Shown in pieces: positions 17,648 through 25,162 of a stretch of 35,927 bases of DNA. The stretch is taken from IMG/VR virus record IMGVR_UViG_3300012667_000243, positions 1 through 35,927 of that record. One strand, written 5' to 3'. The stretch is from a virus (lineage: Duplodnaviria > Caudoviricetes). Both the position numbers and the translations under genes were made by a program. The number at the start of each line of letters is the position of its first letter. Position 1 is the stretch's first letter. The notes under the pieces were generated by a model. It saw only the letters and a list, made by a program, of their open reading frames with translations, made no database searches and was not told the origin of the DNA.

Positions 17648-19389
17648 CGACAGCATTTAACCTTTCCCAAGTAGCCAACTATTTAAACACTTCGGGCCAA
17701 TTAAATTTGGCAACCGGCGTATATGGCACATTGCCTCAAACTAACGGCGGCACTGGCGCGACAAGTCTTGCCTCTGTTGCTGTTACAAGTTTGACCGCTG
17801 GAACTGGCATTAGTGTAAGCGCAAGTGTAGGCGCTATTACTATTACTAACACAGGCGGCTCTGGTGGAGCAACCGTAACAACATCGGCAACTGATGTAAC
17901 CCTTACAAACTCATCCAATAGGGTTCAGCAAATTGTGATGACGGGCGCAAACAAGTTAGTGAAGTTGCCTGACGCAACAACAATGACAACTCTAGGTGGC
18001 CCGACTTTCATTATTTCAAACAACGGCGCTTATGCGTTCAACGTATCTGGTAGTGATGGATATGTAATTTGCCCTGTGCCATCTGGCACAACTGTAACCA
18101 TGTCGCTTGCGACTATATCTAGCGCAACGGCTGGATGGATTTGTAGCTCTACTGGGCCAAATGGGTTGGCTCAATATCTTTCTAGTTTTTCTGGTCAAAA
18201 CTTTGGCAATGCGGCAACTCGAACAAATCTTACAGTAAATCAAAACACAGTTTCAATTTGCGCTTTGAGTAGCACATCTGTTTTTATTGCCTACGTTAAT
18301 CCGACAAACTTAGATGCGTATGGCATGGTTGCCACAATTTCTGGTGGAGTTGTTTCTTATGGGACACCTGCCGCTATTTATGTTTCAACTGTTGTAAGCG
18401 TTAAATGCGTTGCAATGTCTTCAACTGGAGTTTTAGTCTTTCCTTCTAACTCAACTCCGTCATTTGTTGGTATAGGAATTGTTGTTTCTGGAACATCTTT
18501 TACTATTTCTCCAGTTCTTTCTTACTCTAGTTACTTTCGTGTTATTGACGTAATTAAACTTGATTCAACTAGAGCCTTGATGCTTTATTCGAAAACAAGT
18601 GCTACTGCTGGAGCTTATGCGGAAGTGATTGTTTACAACGGAGCGTCAGCGCCAACAGCTCCCGGCTCGGCTGCATCATTTCTTGGCTCAACTGCTTTTT
18701 TGGGAACTGCGCTTCCTGAGCAAAAAGTTGCTTCATTAACTTTGATTGACACAGATAAAGTTTTGTTGTTTTATAACAGCAACACTGTCAATCCATTAAG
18801 CGGCACTGATTATCGAATGTACGCCAGAGTTGCAACAATCAGCCTTTACACTGTGACATACGGAACTCAAGTGGCACTGACGGATTCTTTTGGTGGGATT
18901 CTTTATGGCGCATTAAATTCTCAAGCATTTGCTTATTCAACAACAGAAGGCGCAATAATTTTTCGCGCTACTCAATACACCAATGGCGGTAACAATCAAG
19001 TGGCATATTCTCTTGTTGCAACCGTTTCTGGAACTGCTGTTACGCAAGGAGCGATAACGCAATTAAGTTTGCCAAATACACCGCCTAGCCTTGGTCGTGG
19101 CTATACATTTACACCCGTACCACTTACATATTTTGGCTATCCAGCATCAATGGATGTAAACAATATGTTAATCGGTGAACTTAACACTCAAGGCTTGTAT
19201 CGATTGCGATACATTTCTGGTTACGGTTTTGTTGTTGGCAACTATGTTTGCACAACAAATGCTCCAATGGGTTTTGGCGTAGCCGCGCTTAGTTCAACTC
19301 AAGCGGTGGTGGTTGGAACCGCCGTAACAAATTACGGTCTTGCTGACACAAGCGAACTTTCTTGTGCTGTTGTTCAAATCCCAGCTTAA
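17644..19389 (+). CDS. Tail fibre / receptor-binding protein
   Basis: GTLPQTNGGTGATS and VTSLTAGTGI shaft motifs, VKLPDATT, then a repetitive Ser/Thr-rich beta domain. Confidence 0.8.
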   Translation: MTTAFNLSQVANYLNTSGQLNLATGVYGTLPQTNGGTGATSLASVAVTSLTAGTGISVSASVGAITITNTGGSGGATVTTSATDVTLTNSSNRVQQIVMTGANKLVKLPDATTMTTLGGPTFIISNNGAYAFNVSGSDGYVICPVPSGTTVTMSLATISSATAGWICSSTGPNGLAQYLSSFSGQNFGNAATRTNLTVNQNTVSICALSSTSVFIAYVNPTNLDAYGMVATISGGVVSYGTPAAIYVSTVVSVKCVAMSSTGVLVFPSNSTPSFVGIGIVVSGTSFTISPVLSYSSYFRVIDVIKLDSTRALMLYSKTSATAGAYAEVIVYNGASAPTAPGSAASFLGSTAFLGTALPEQKVASLTLIDTDKVLLFYNSNTVNPLSGTDYRMYARVATISLYTVTYGTQVALTDSFGGILYGALNSQAFAYSTTEGAIIFRATQYTNGGNNQVAYSLVATVSGTAVTQGAITQLSLPNTPPSLGRGYTFTPVPLTYFGYPASMDVNNMLIGELNTQGLYRLRYISGYGFVVGNYVCTTNAPMGFGVAALSSTQAVVVGTAVTNYGLADTSELSCAVVQIPA

Positions 19390-19397
19390 AAAATATC

Positions 19398-19580
19398 ATG
19401 GCAACAATTACTCAAACTGAAGCGCGACTAGATACGCATGAAGAAATTTGCGCGTTTCGCTACGAACAAATCAACGCCCGATTAAAGCGGCTTGAAGGCA
19501 TTTTGATTAAGGCTTGCGGAGTGATGCTGGTTGGAATGGCTGGCGTTATTTGGGCTTCAGCCGTACCGCATATAAAGTGA
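19398..19580 (+). CDS. Small membrane protein (coiled coil plus C-terminal TM; XhlA-like architecture)
   Basis: HEEICAFRY...RLKRLE followed by a hydrophobic helix; first gene of the lysis region. Confidence 0.7.
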   Translation: MATITQTEARLDTHEEICAFRYEQINARLKRLEGILIKACGVMLVGMAGVIWASAVPHIK

Positions 19581-19581
19581 T

Positions 19582-20307
19582 GTGCTTGACCCCATAACAC
19601 TTGGGCTTGCTTTTAACGCGGCAAAACTTGCGTTAAGCGGCATACGCACTTGTTGCGACGTACTTGCTGAAGGCAAGGTAGAAATCCAGCGTATTAAAAA
19701 AGGCGTTGCGGATGCTCAAGAGATTGCAAAAGAAATTGGTGGCTTTGGTTCGTGGCTTAAAGGGTTGTTTGCAAACCCGAAGCCTGTTGAAGCGCCAATT
19801 GTTGAAGCGGTAAAACCAAAGTCGCAAAAACCCAAAGATGAATACGTAGACTACATCCCAGACGAGGATGATATTTCGGAACAGTTTTTCGACCATTTGA
19901 TTTCGTTCATGAACGCACAGTCGGCAATCCTTGAACACATTGCCGAAACCCGTGAACAACTGTTAAATTCTTACAACCCAAAACAAAACAACCGAATAGC
20001 CGCCGCACAGTTAATCAAAGACGAACGTAAAATCAACCAGATGGGGCTAGAGCTTCATTCGATGCTATCTAATGCGCCAAAGGTGTTAGGTGCGGTTTAC
20101 GCTGACTTTAAAGAGAAGTATCCCGTAGTGGTGCAAGCTCAAAACAAAGCCAAAGAACGCGAACGCCTTTTGAAAGCCCAAGCCGCCGCACGGCGGCAAC
20201 AGCAAATAAACGACAAGATTGATTTAGGGGTTGCCCTGTTCATTACGACAATCTTTATCGTGGAGCTTTGGGCAATATGGATAAGTTTATTTATCGCGGA
20301 GTGGTGA
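19582..20307 (+). CDS. Hypothetical helical protein with C-terminal TM anchor
   Basis: LDPITL N-terminus, coiled-coil segments, terminal hydrophobic helix. Confidence 0.7.
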   Translation: MLDPITLGLAFNAAKLALSGIRTCCDVLAEGKVEIQRIKKGVADAQEIAKEIGGFGSWLKGLFANPKPVEAPIVEAVKPKSQKPKDEYVDYIPDEDDISEQFFDHLISFMNAQSAILEHIAETREQLLNSYNPKQNNRIAAAQLIKDERKINQMGLELHSMLSNAPKVLGAVYADFKEKYPVVVQAQNKAKERERLLKAQAAARRQQQINDKIDLGVALFITTIFIVELWAIWISLFIAEW

Positions 20308-20486
20308 TACTGGTTTGCCTTGTGCTAATCATTGTATTGATTGCCGCCCCCGTAATGGCGAAAATCTATATTGACATTAAAAGGGCAGAGGTGCGCCGCG
20401 ATAAAGACGAAGCCCAAACCAAAGCCCGTATTGAACAACTTGAAAGGATGCTGAATGACGCGAAGCGAACTGGAAATTCTGATTAA
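20277..20486 (+). CDS. Small membrane protein, N-terminal TM plus coiled coil
   Basis: GVVILVCLVLIIVLIAAPVM hydrophobic stretch followed by a charged helix. Confidence 0.6.
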   Translation: MDKFIYRGVVILVCLVLIIVLIAAPVMAKIYIDIKRAEVRRDKDEAQTKARIEQLERMLNDAKRTGNSD

Positions 20487-20907
20487 ACGCCGAGCCGCTA
20501 TTGTTATTACCGCGCTTGCCGCTTTGCTGGCAGTGAACGGTTATTTTGGTGGCTCAAACTCAAGCAAGGTGCTATCGGCAACCATTGCCGCAAACAATCA
20601 ATGGGCTTGGTATCAGGCTAAAAACGTGCGTTCCGTTATTTACGAAACCGCCAACCGACCAAACGACGTGTCCCGCATGAAAGCTGACATGGATGAAATC
20701 AGTGCCAAAGCAAAGGCGCTTGAGGCAGACCGTGAAAAAGCCCAACGACGCGGACCTTTTTATACCTACGCTGGCATTGCTTTGCAGTTGGGTATTGTGT
20801 TATCGACTGCCGCAATCCTTGCCGTGTTTATGCCGCTGTTTTGGGCTTCCGTAAGCATTGGCTCAGTTGGTGTAATCATGTTTGCAATCGCACAATTTGG
20901 AGTTTAA
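20455..20907 (+). CDS. DUF4337-like membrane protein
   Basis: N-terminal TM, NNQWAWYQAKN motif, LQLGIVLST and two C-terminal TMs. Confidence 0.7.
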   Translation: MTRSELEILIKRRAAIVITALAALLAVNGYFGGSNSSKVLSATIAANNQWAWYQAKNVRSVIYETANRPNDVSRMKADMDEISAKAKALEADREKAQRRGPFYTYAGIALQLGIVLSTAAILAVFMPLFWASVSIGSVGVIMFAIAQFGV

Positions 20908-20910
20908 AAA

Positions 20911-21363
20911 ATGGACAAACTACTAGACATTCTGAAAAGCTCTGCCCCAGCATTGGCTACGGCAGTGGGTGGACCATTGGGCGGCATGGCAATTAAAGCT
21001 ATTGCCGACAAACTGGGTGTATCGCCTTCAATTAGCGAAGTCACTACCGCGCTTGAGGCTAACCCAGAATTGGCGCTAAAACTGAAAGAAATTGATACCA
21101 AAGCGTTTGAGGTCGAGCAAGCCAACGTAACCGAACGCTGGAAATCTGACATGGGTTCGGATTCTTGGCTATCCAAAAACATTCGCCCCATGACGCTGGT
21201 TTACATTCTTTCCGCATTTATTGTCATGGCATTGCTTGACGGTGCTGGATTTAAGATTTCGGAATCCTATGTAACCTTGTTAGGGCAATGGGGTATGCTG
21301 GTGATGACTGCTTACTTTGGCGGTCGCACTGTTGAAAAAGTAATGGGCAAAAAAGGGGAATAA
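20911..21363 (+). CDS. Holin (3TM gene-transfer-agent holin family)
   Basis: APALATAVGGPLGG, RWKSDMGSDSWLSKNIRP and AYFGGRT motifs; adjacent to the endolysin. Confidence 0.85.
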   Translation: MDKLLDILKSSAPALATAVGGPLGGMAIKAIADKLGVSPSISEVTTALEANPELALKLKEIDTKAFEVEQANVTERWKSDMGSDSWLSKNIRPMTLVYILSAFIVMALLDGAGFKISESYVTLLGQWGMLVMTAYFGGRTVEKVMGKKGE

Positions 21364-21364
21364 C

Positions 21365-21838
21365 ATGGAATTTCATCCAAACTTTAGCTACAAAGAGCTT
21401 ACCGAAACGTCGCACCGCGAATTTGATAACACGCCTACCGAAACTGAAAAGTGCATCATTGGCGGCAAAGAAGTGTTAGTTAATGCAGTGGCAAACCTGC
21501 CGCGCCTATCTCAATTTTTGGGAAAGCTCAAGTTTGAGGTGTTCGGCGGCAAAGCGGTGTTTGTCAGTAGCGGCTTTCGTTCGCACGACGTTAATTTGGC
21601 TGTAAAAAGCAAAGACACAAGCGACCACCGACGCGGTTGTGCGGCAGACATTAAGGTTGACGGCATGACCCCAGACGAAGTAACCCGCGCAATCATTGCA
21701 AGTGGGTTTGAGTTTGAGCAGGTGATTCGTGAGTTTGACCGCTGGACACACATTGCTATTCCAATGGAAGGCGCTAAAGGTCGAATGAATAAATTGATTA
21801 TTGATTCGGAAACGCCAAACGGTCGCCCATTTGCTTAA
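21365..21838 (+). CDS. Endolysin, peptidase M15A family
   Basis: NFSYKEL, SSGFRS..VN, SDH..G.AAD and WTHI zinc-peptidase motifs. Confidence 0.92.
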   Translation: MEFHPNFSYKELTETSHREFDNTPTETEKCIIGGKEVLVNAVANLPRLSQFLGKLKFEVFGGKAVFVSSGFRSHDVNLAVKSKDTSDHRRGCAADIKVDGMTPDEVTRAIIASGFEFEQVIREFDRWTHIAIPMEGAKGRMNKLIIDSETPNGRPFA

Positions 21839-21930
21839 TCAATTAAACGGCGTAAAACGTAGATAAAAACTGCGACAAAAAGCGCCGCGCCCATGCCTAG
21901 AAAGGCGATTAGGTTAATAATGTTTTCCAA
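21835..21930 (-). CDS. 31-aa single-TM peptide (MENIINLIAFLGMGAALFVAVFIYVLRRLID)
   Basis: Translated by hand; TTG start. Its stop overlaps the endolysin stop in TTAA. Confidence 0.5.
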   Translation of the reverse strand: MENIINLIAFLGMGAALFVAVFIYVLRRLID

Positions 21931-22099
21931 CTTTGTGACCTTTCGCCTGTTCTAGCGTATCAAAATATTCGTCGCAAACCTTACAGCGTAAAACATACTG
22001 AGTTTTAACGCGCACAAGGTTTTCAATGCGACCGCCCCAACTTTCAAACAGCCTTGAATCGCCCCGTAACGCTATCACGCGTTCTAGGTTTTTTGGCAT
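21914..22099 (-). CDS. Small protein with a C2H2-type zinc finger
   Basis: CKVC-x3-F-x8-H-x4-H. Start uncertain (ATG 22099). Confidence 0.55.
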   Translation of the reverse strand: MPKNLERVIALRGDSRLFESWGGRIENLVRVKTQYVLRCKVCDEYFDTLEQAKGHKVGKHY

Positions 22100-22271
22100 T
22101 TTTGATTTGTTCAATTTGTTCACGGGCTTCTGCAAAATAATCTAAATTATTTTCCATGTTGATTTTGATTTGCTTTTTGCGCCAACCCGATTTCTGAGCT
22201 TTTGGTGTCGGATTGATTTGCTCTGGACTCAGCCAAGGCGCGTTCGGAGCTAGGATTGTCTTGTATTTCAT
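22044..22271 (-). CDS. Hypothetical protein
   Basis: ATG 22271 (MKYKTILAPNAPW...), ends in RDSVTGRF; overlaps neighbours. Confidence 0.5.
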   Translation of the reverse strand: MKYKTILAPNAPWLSPEQINPTPKAQKSGWRKKQIKINMENNLDYFAEAREQIEQIKNAKKPRTRDSVTGRFKAV

Positions 22272-22368
22272 TTTTTGTAGTTCCGAATATTCTGTCAAAG
22301 TTATCTGCAAACACTTTGTCACTTACGCTGAATGGGCGTGGTGCTGACCCTTTACCGCCGTTGCTCAT
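22147..22368 (-). CDS. Hypothetical small phage protein
   Basis: ATGA-coupled to the upstream gene; GGKGSAPRP...NFDRIF N-terminus resembles small phage ORFs. Confidence 0.6.
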   Translation of the reverse strand: MSNGGKGSAPRPFSVSDKVFADNFDRIFGTTKNEIQDNPSSERALAESRANQSDTKSSEIGLAQKANQNQHGK

Positions 22369-22802
22369 GTGTTTTTCCTTTTTAAATACGTTGCAACAAC
22401 CATCATTGCCCTGTAAATATTGTCTTTGTTGCTGTTGTAAATGTCGTCGTATTCTTGCGAAGTGAGTTCAACCCATGTGCGTTGTTGTGGTGTGGTGTAG
22501 AGAGGTCGCCATTCGTAAGGAATATGGTCACAAGCCTCTGCCTGCGCCTCATCAATGGTTCGATAGCGGCATGGATACCAATTTGTCCATTCGGTTACTA
22601 CACCATCTTGCATCCGTCTTGCTTGTCGTTCTTGCCACGCCACAGGCTCACCCTGCTCTTGCTTGGCTAGTGCTTCTTCTAGGGCTAGTTTTGCTTTTGC
22701 TTGCAAAGGATAGTCGTTTGACCATTCAAACTCGCAACCAGAGCAATCGTCTTTGATGTCTTCCAACGCCTCAAGCGCCCGCCTCATTGCTTCTTTACTC
22801 AT
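22365..22802 (-). CDS. Hypothetical protein (EPVAW...PLYT mosaic type)
   Basis: MRRALEALE, QGEPVAW and PLYTTPQQRTWVELT segments; ATGA-coupled. Confidence 0.75.
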   Translation of the reverse strand: MSKEAMRRALEALEDIKDDCSGCEFEWSNDYPLQAKAKLALEEALAKQEQGEPVAWQERQARRMQDGVVTEWTNWYPCRYRTIDEAQAEACDHIPYEWRPLYTTPQQRTWVELTSQEYDDIYNSNKDNIYRAMMVVATYLKRKNT

Positions 22803-22909
22803 AGCAATCCCCAGCCAAACAAAATTGGATACGAAATCAACTTTGCCAACAAGCCAAAGCCAATCAAACCAATTACGATTTTTAAAAAGTATTCAATAAA
22901 CAAAATCAT
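22799..22909 (-). CDS. 36-aa hydrophobic peptide
   Basis: MILFIEYFLKIVIGLIGFGLLAKLISYPILFGWGLL; ATGA overlaps at both ends. Confidence 0.5.
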   Translation of the reverse strand: MILFIEYFLKIVIGLIGFGLLAKLISYPILFGWGLL

Positions 22910-22971
22910 TCCAGCCACCAATCCACAGCAATGATTACAAGAAGAAAAAACAGCAAATCTGTTTCTGACAT
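22906..22971 (-). CDS. 21-aa hydrophobic peptide (MSETDLLFFLLVIIAVDWWLE)
   Basis: Translated by hand; its TGA overlaps the next ATG. Confidence 0.4.
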   Translation of the reverse strand: MSETDLLFFLLVIIAVDWWLE

Positions 22972-22980
22972 AAGTTTTAC

Positions 22981-23002
22981 CAAAGGGGCAAAAGCCCCCT
23001 TG
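22981..23002 (-). terminator. GC-rich hairpin (terminator or processing site)
   Basis: Minus strand CAAGGGGGC-TTTT-GCCCCTTTG directly after the stop of 23004..23201; weak U tract. Confidence 0.5.
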
Positions 23003-23003
23003 A

Positions 23004-23201
23004 TTATTCGCCAAACGCTTCGGCTTGTGCCTTGAGCATTGCAACAGCGGTGTTTTTAGCCGCTTGCGCAACAGCGTTAGGGTCAACAGTCACCCCGAAC
23101 GGGATTGACCCAAGGATGCCGTTTGTAGCTACCGCAAAAAAGATTTTGAAGTCGTCTTGCTGATTTGCTGGAACTTCAGGGGTGATTTTTTCTACTGTCA
23201 T
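23004..23201 (-). CDS. Hypothetical protein
   Basis: GAAAGG RBS; 65 aa in the early operon. Confidence 0.7.
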   Translation of the reverse strand: MTVEKITPEVPANQQDDFKIFFAVATNGILGSIPFGVTVDPNAVAQAAKNTAVAMLKAQAEAFGE

Positions 23202-23211
23202 AAGTTACCTT

Positions 23212-23463
23212 TCAAAATGGAATGTCGTCGTCGTCGTGTTGCGCGGCTTGAGGTTTTGCCGCGTAGTCTTTTGGTCGCGGGTCGTTCATATACGCCCAAC
23301 CATCCCAGCCACCTTCGCGCAATGGGATGCAGTCAATTTTGAGCATATCGCCATTACGCGTTTGGATGATTGAACCAATTCGCTGGTATCGCTTTTTTTC
23401 TTCGCCTTGCGCATTGGTGTATTGACCAACTACAACGCTAATTTCTTTTACTGTCTTACTCAT
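23212..23463 (-). CDS. Small SSB-like protein with acidic DDDDIPF tail
   Basis: YTNAQGEEKKRYQRIG beta core and a C-terminus matching the bacterial SSB tip; directly downstream of ERF. Confidence 0.75.
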   Translation of the reverse strand: MSKTVKEISVVVGQYTNAQGEEKKRYQRIGSIIQTRNGDMLKIDCIPLREGGWDGWAYMNDPRPKDYAAKPQAAQHDDDDIPF

Positions 23464-24134
23464 TTTTGACCTTTCAGTTGTTCCGCTTGACGCTTGATTG
23501 CGCTTCGCACTTTGCTATCTAGTTTTGACCATAAAGCAATCTTTTCGTCGGCATCTTCAATGCCCGTATATTCGTCATACGCACCGATTTCGTCGTCAGC
23601 GTTAAAACGGTCAACCACCGCATTTGCTACGGCAAGCACAACTTCTTGACGCTCTTTTGGCAATGCTTCAAACGCGCCTTGAGTTGGACTATGCTTTGGT
23701 GCTGGAGTAGCCGCTTTGCTGTTAATTGACGCGTTGCCGTCGTCGTCTTCTGGTGCAATGCCCATTGACGCTAAAAGCGAGTAACGACGTGCGTAGGTCA
23801 AAGCCGAGCCAAAGCCGTGCGCATCTTTTTTGGTGACGGGTAATTCAAGCGCCCCAAGGTTCAGCACTTCGCCTGATTCATGCAACAGCGTGGTTTCAAC
23901 GTGAACATGGTCGGCAGTGTCAGATATTTCTGTGCGCTGGGTTAAAGCAAAGCCGTTATTGTGCAAAGCGTCAATTACTGCTTCAATACAAGCCGACAAG
24001 TCAGCATATTTGCTACGGAAAGCGGGGTTGGTGCTGGTTTTTAAAGCAGGACCAAATTCTTTTTGCGCTTTTAAAAACGCTTTGGTAACTACTGCAAAAC
24101 GCTTTTGGGCTTCGGCGGCATCTTTTTCTGTCAT
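23460..24134 (-). CDS. erf: ERF-family single-strand annealing protein
   Basis: NPAFRSKYADL, LLHESGE, GSALTYARRYSL and EDDDGN signature motifs. Confidence 0.93.
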   Translation of the reverse strand: MTEKDAAEAQKRFAVVTKAFLKAQKEFGPALKTSTNPAFRSKYADLSACIEAVIDALHNNGFALTQRTEISDTADHVHVETTLLHESGEVLNLGALELPVTKKDAHGFGSALTYARRYSLLASMGIAPEDDDGNASINSKAATPAPKHSPTQGAFEALPKERQEVVLAVANAVVDRFNADDEIGAYDEYTGIEDADEKIALWSKLDSKVRSAIKRQAEQLKGQK

Positions 24135-24343
24135 AACAGACCTTTCAGTTTGGAGTTAATGGTTTGGATTTCTTCTACGGCGTTTTGATACTCTTGCAAT
24201 GACTGCTCAAGCATTACGCACAGCTCAACTACGCTTGCCTCAAGGAAGCCGACGCGAACAGACAATGCGCAAGCTTCAAACGGTTCGCCATACATTGCCG
24301 CAGTTTTTTTTGCGTCAGCTAATATTTTTTCGGCTTTTGTCAT
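24131..24343 (-). CDS. Hypothetical protein
   Basis: ATGA-coupled on both sides. Confidence 0.7.
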   Translation of the reverse strand: MTKAEKILADAKKTAAMYGEPFEACALSVRVGFLEASVVELCVMLEQSLQEYQNAVEEIQTINSKLKGLL

Positions 24344-24693
24344 AGGATTCTCAAAATGTTTACGCCATTGCCAGCGGCATTGGTTTCATAGGTGTATGAC
24401 TCTTTGCCCCAAACGCGGGTGCAATAACCAGACAGCGAGCTTGCAACATTTTTACTGTCATACGGACCAAACGGGATTTGCGCAACCGCCCCAGCTTCCA
24501 AGTCAACGATATACGGCAACAAATAATGCAATACTTCGCCGTGCCGATACTTAGACTTGGCTCTACGGCGTTTTTCAATGCCGCCAATAACTACCCCTTC
24601 TGGGGTAACAATTTGATACTGACAGCCCATATTTTTTAGGATTGCCACCGCACGGCTGATTGCCGTATCAAACAAAGTGTTTTGCGAACTCAT
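24340..24693 (-). CDS. Hypothetical protein
   Basis: AAGGA RBS; ATGA-coupled downstream. Confidence 0.75.
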   Translation of the reverse strand: MSSQNTLFDTAISRAVAILKNMGCQYQIVTPEGVVIGGIEKRRRAKSKYRHGEVLHYLLPYIVDLEAGAVAQIPFGPYDSKNVASSLSGYCTRVWGKESYTYETNAAGNGVNILRIL

Positions 24694-24703
24694 TTTCTTT
24701 CCT

Positions 24704-24841
24704 TTAAAGACCTGTCCAAAGCAGGATTACAACTACAAAAACAGCAACCACATATAGCTTGCGCAATACGCGTTCTGCTAACGACGGCTTTTCAGCCAAT
24801 TTTTCAAGCGGGGGGTAATAAGCGTGCTGAGAGTGTTTCAT
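24704..24841 (-). CDS. 45-aa protein with C-terminal TM
   Basis: Translated by hand (MKHSQHAYYPPLEKLAEKPSLAERVLRKLYVVAVFVVVILLWTGL); ATGA-coupled and fills the gap exactly. Confidence 0.6.
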   Translation of the reverse strand: MKHSQHAYYPPLEKLAEKPSLAERVLRKLYVVAVFVVVILLWTGL

Positions 24842-25077
24842 GGCTTGTTCCATTCTTCGATTGATTTTTGAAAGTGGTCTTCAACGGCTTCGTAAACTTC
24901 ACGCTGTTCCGCAGTTGTTAATTCGTTCCAAATTTCTTTACCGCCGTGCGTGACGTAAATCTCAAAGTCGTCTTTCAAGCCAACGCTTGCATCGCCTTCA
25001 AGAAAATCGTATTCGACTAAGACTTCGGGGTGTTCGTCAGTGGAGTGGTCGTCAAGAAAAAATTCAAACTGTTCCAT
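24838..25077 (-). CDS. Highly acidic hypothetical protein
   Basis: AGAAAGG RBS; Asp/Glu-rich 79 aa; first gene after an internal promoter. Confidence 0.75.
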   Translation of the reverse strand: MEQFEFFLDDHSTDEHPEVLVEYDFLEGDASVGLKDDFEIYVTHGGKEIWNELTTAEQREVYEAVEDHFQKSIEEWNKP

Positions 25078-25082
25078 ACTTG

Positions 25083-25137
25083 CCTTTCTAAAAAGACCCC
25101 AAGGGCTTGGGGCATAAGTGAGATTATAAACTAAGTT
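25083..25137 (-). promoter_or_regulatory. Internal leftward promoter cassette: operator-like box, -10, hairpin, RBS
   Basis: Minus strand TAACTTAGTT-TATAAT then GCCCCAAGCCCTTGGGGTCTTTTTAGAAAGG. No consensus -35. Confidence 0.6.
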
Positions 25138-25162
25138 ACCTTGATTTTTTGGTTAAGTTGCA

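Noticed and set aside
931-18243. Many 60-130-aa minus-strand ORFs across the structural region
   Set aside because: Antisense shadows of strongly supported structural genes, with no motifs or initiation signals.
17644-19389. Diversity-generating retroelement or invertible fibre cassette
   Set aside because: No reverse transcriptase, invertase or template/variable repeat pair was seen.
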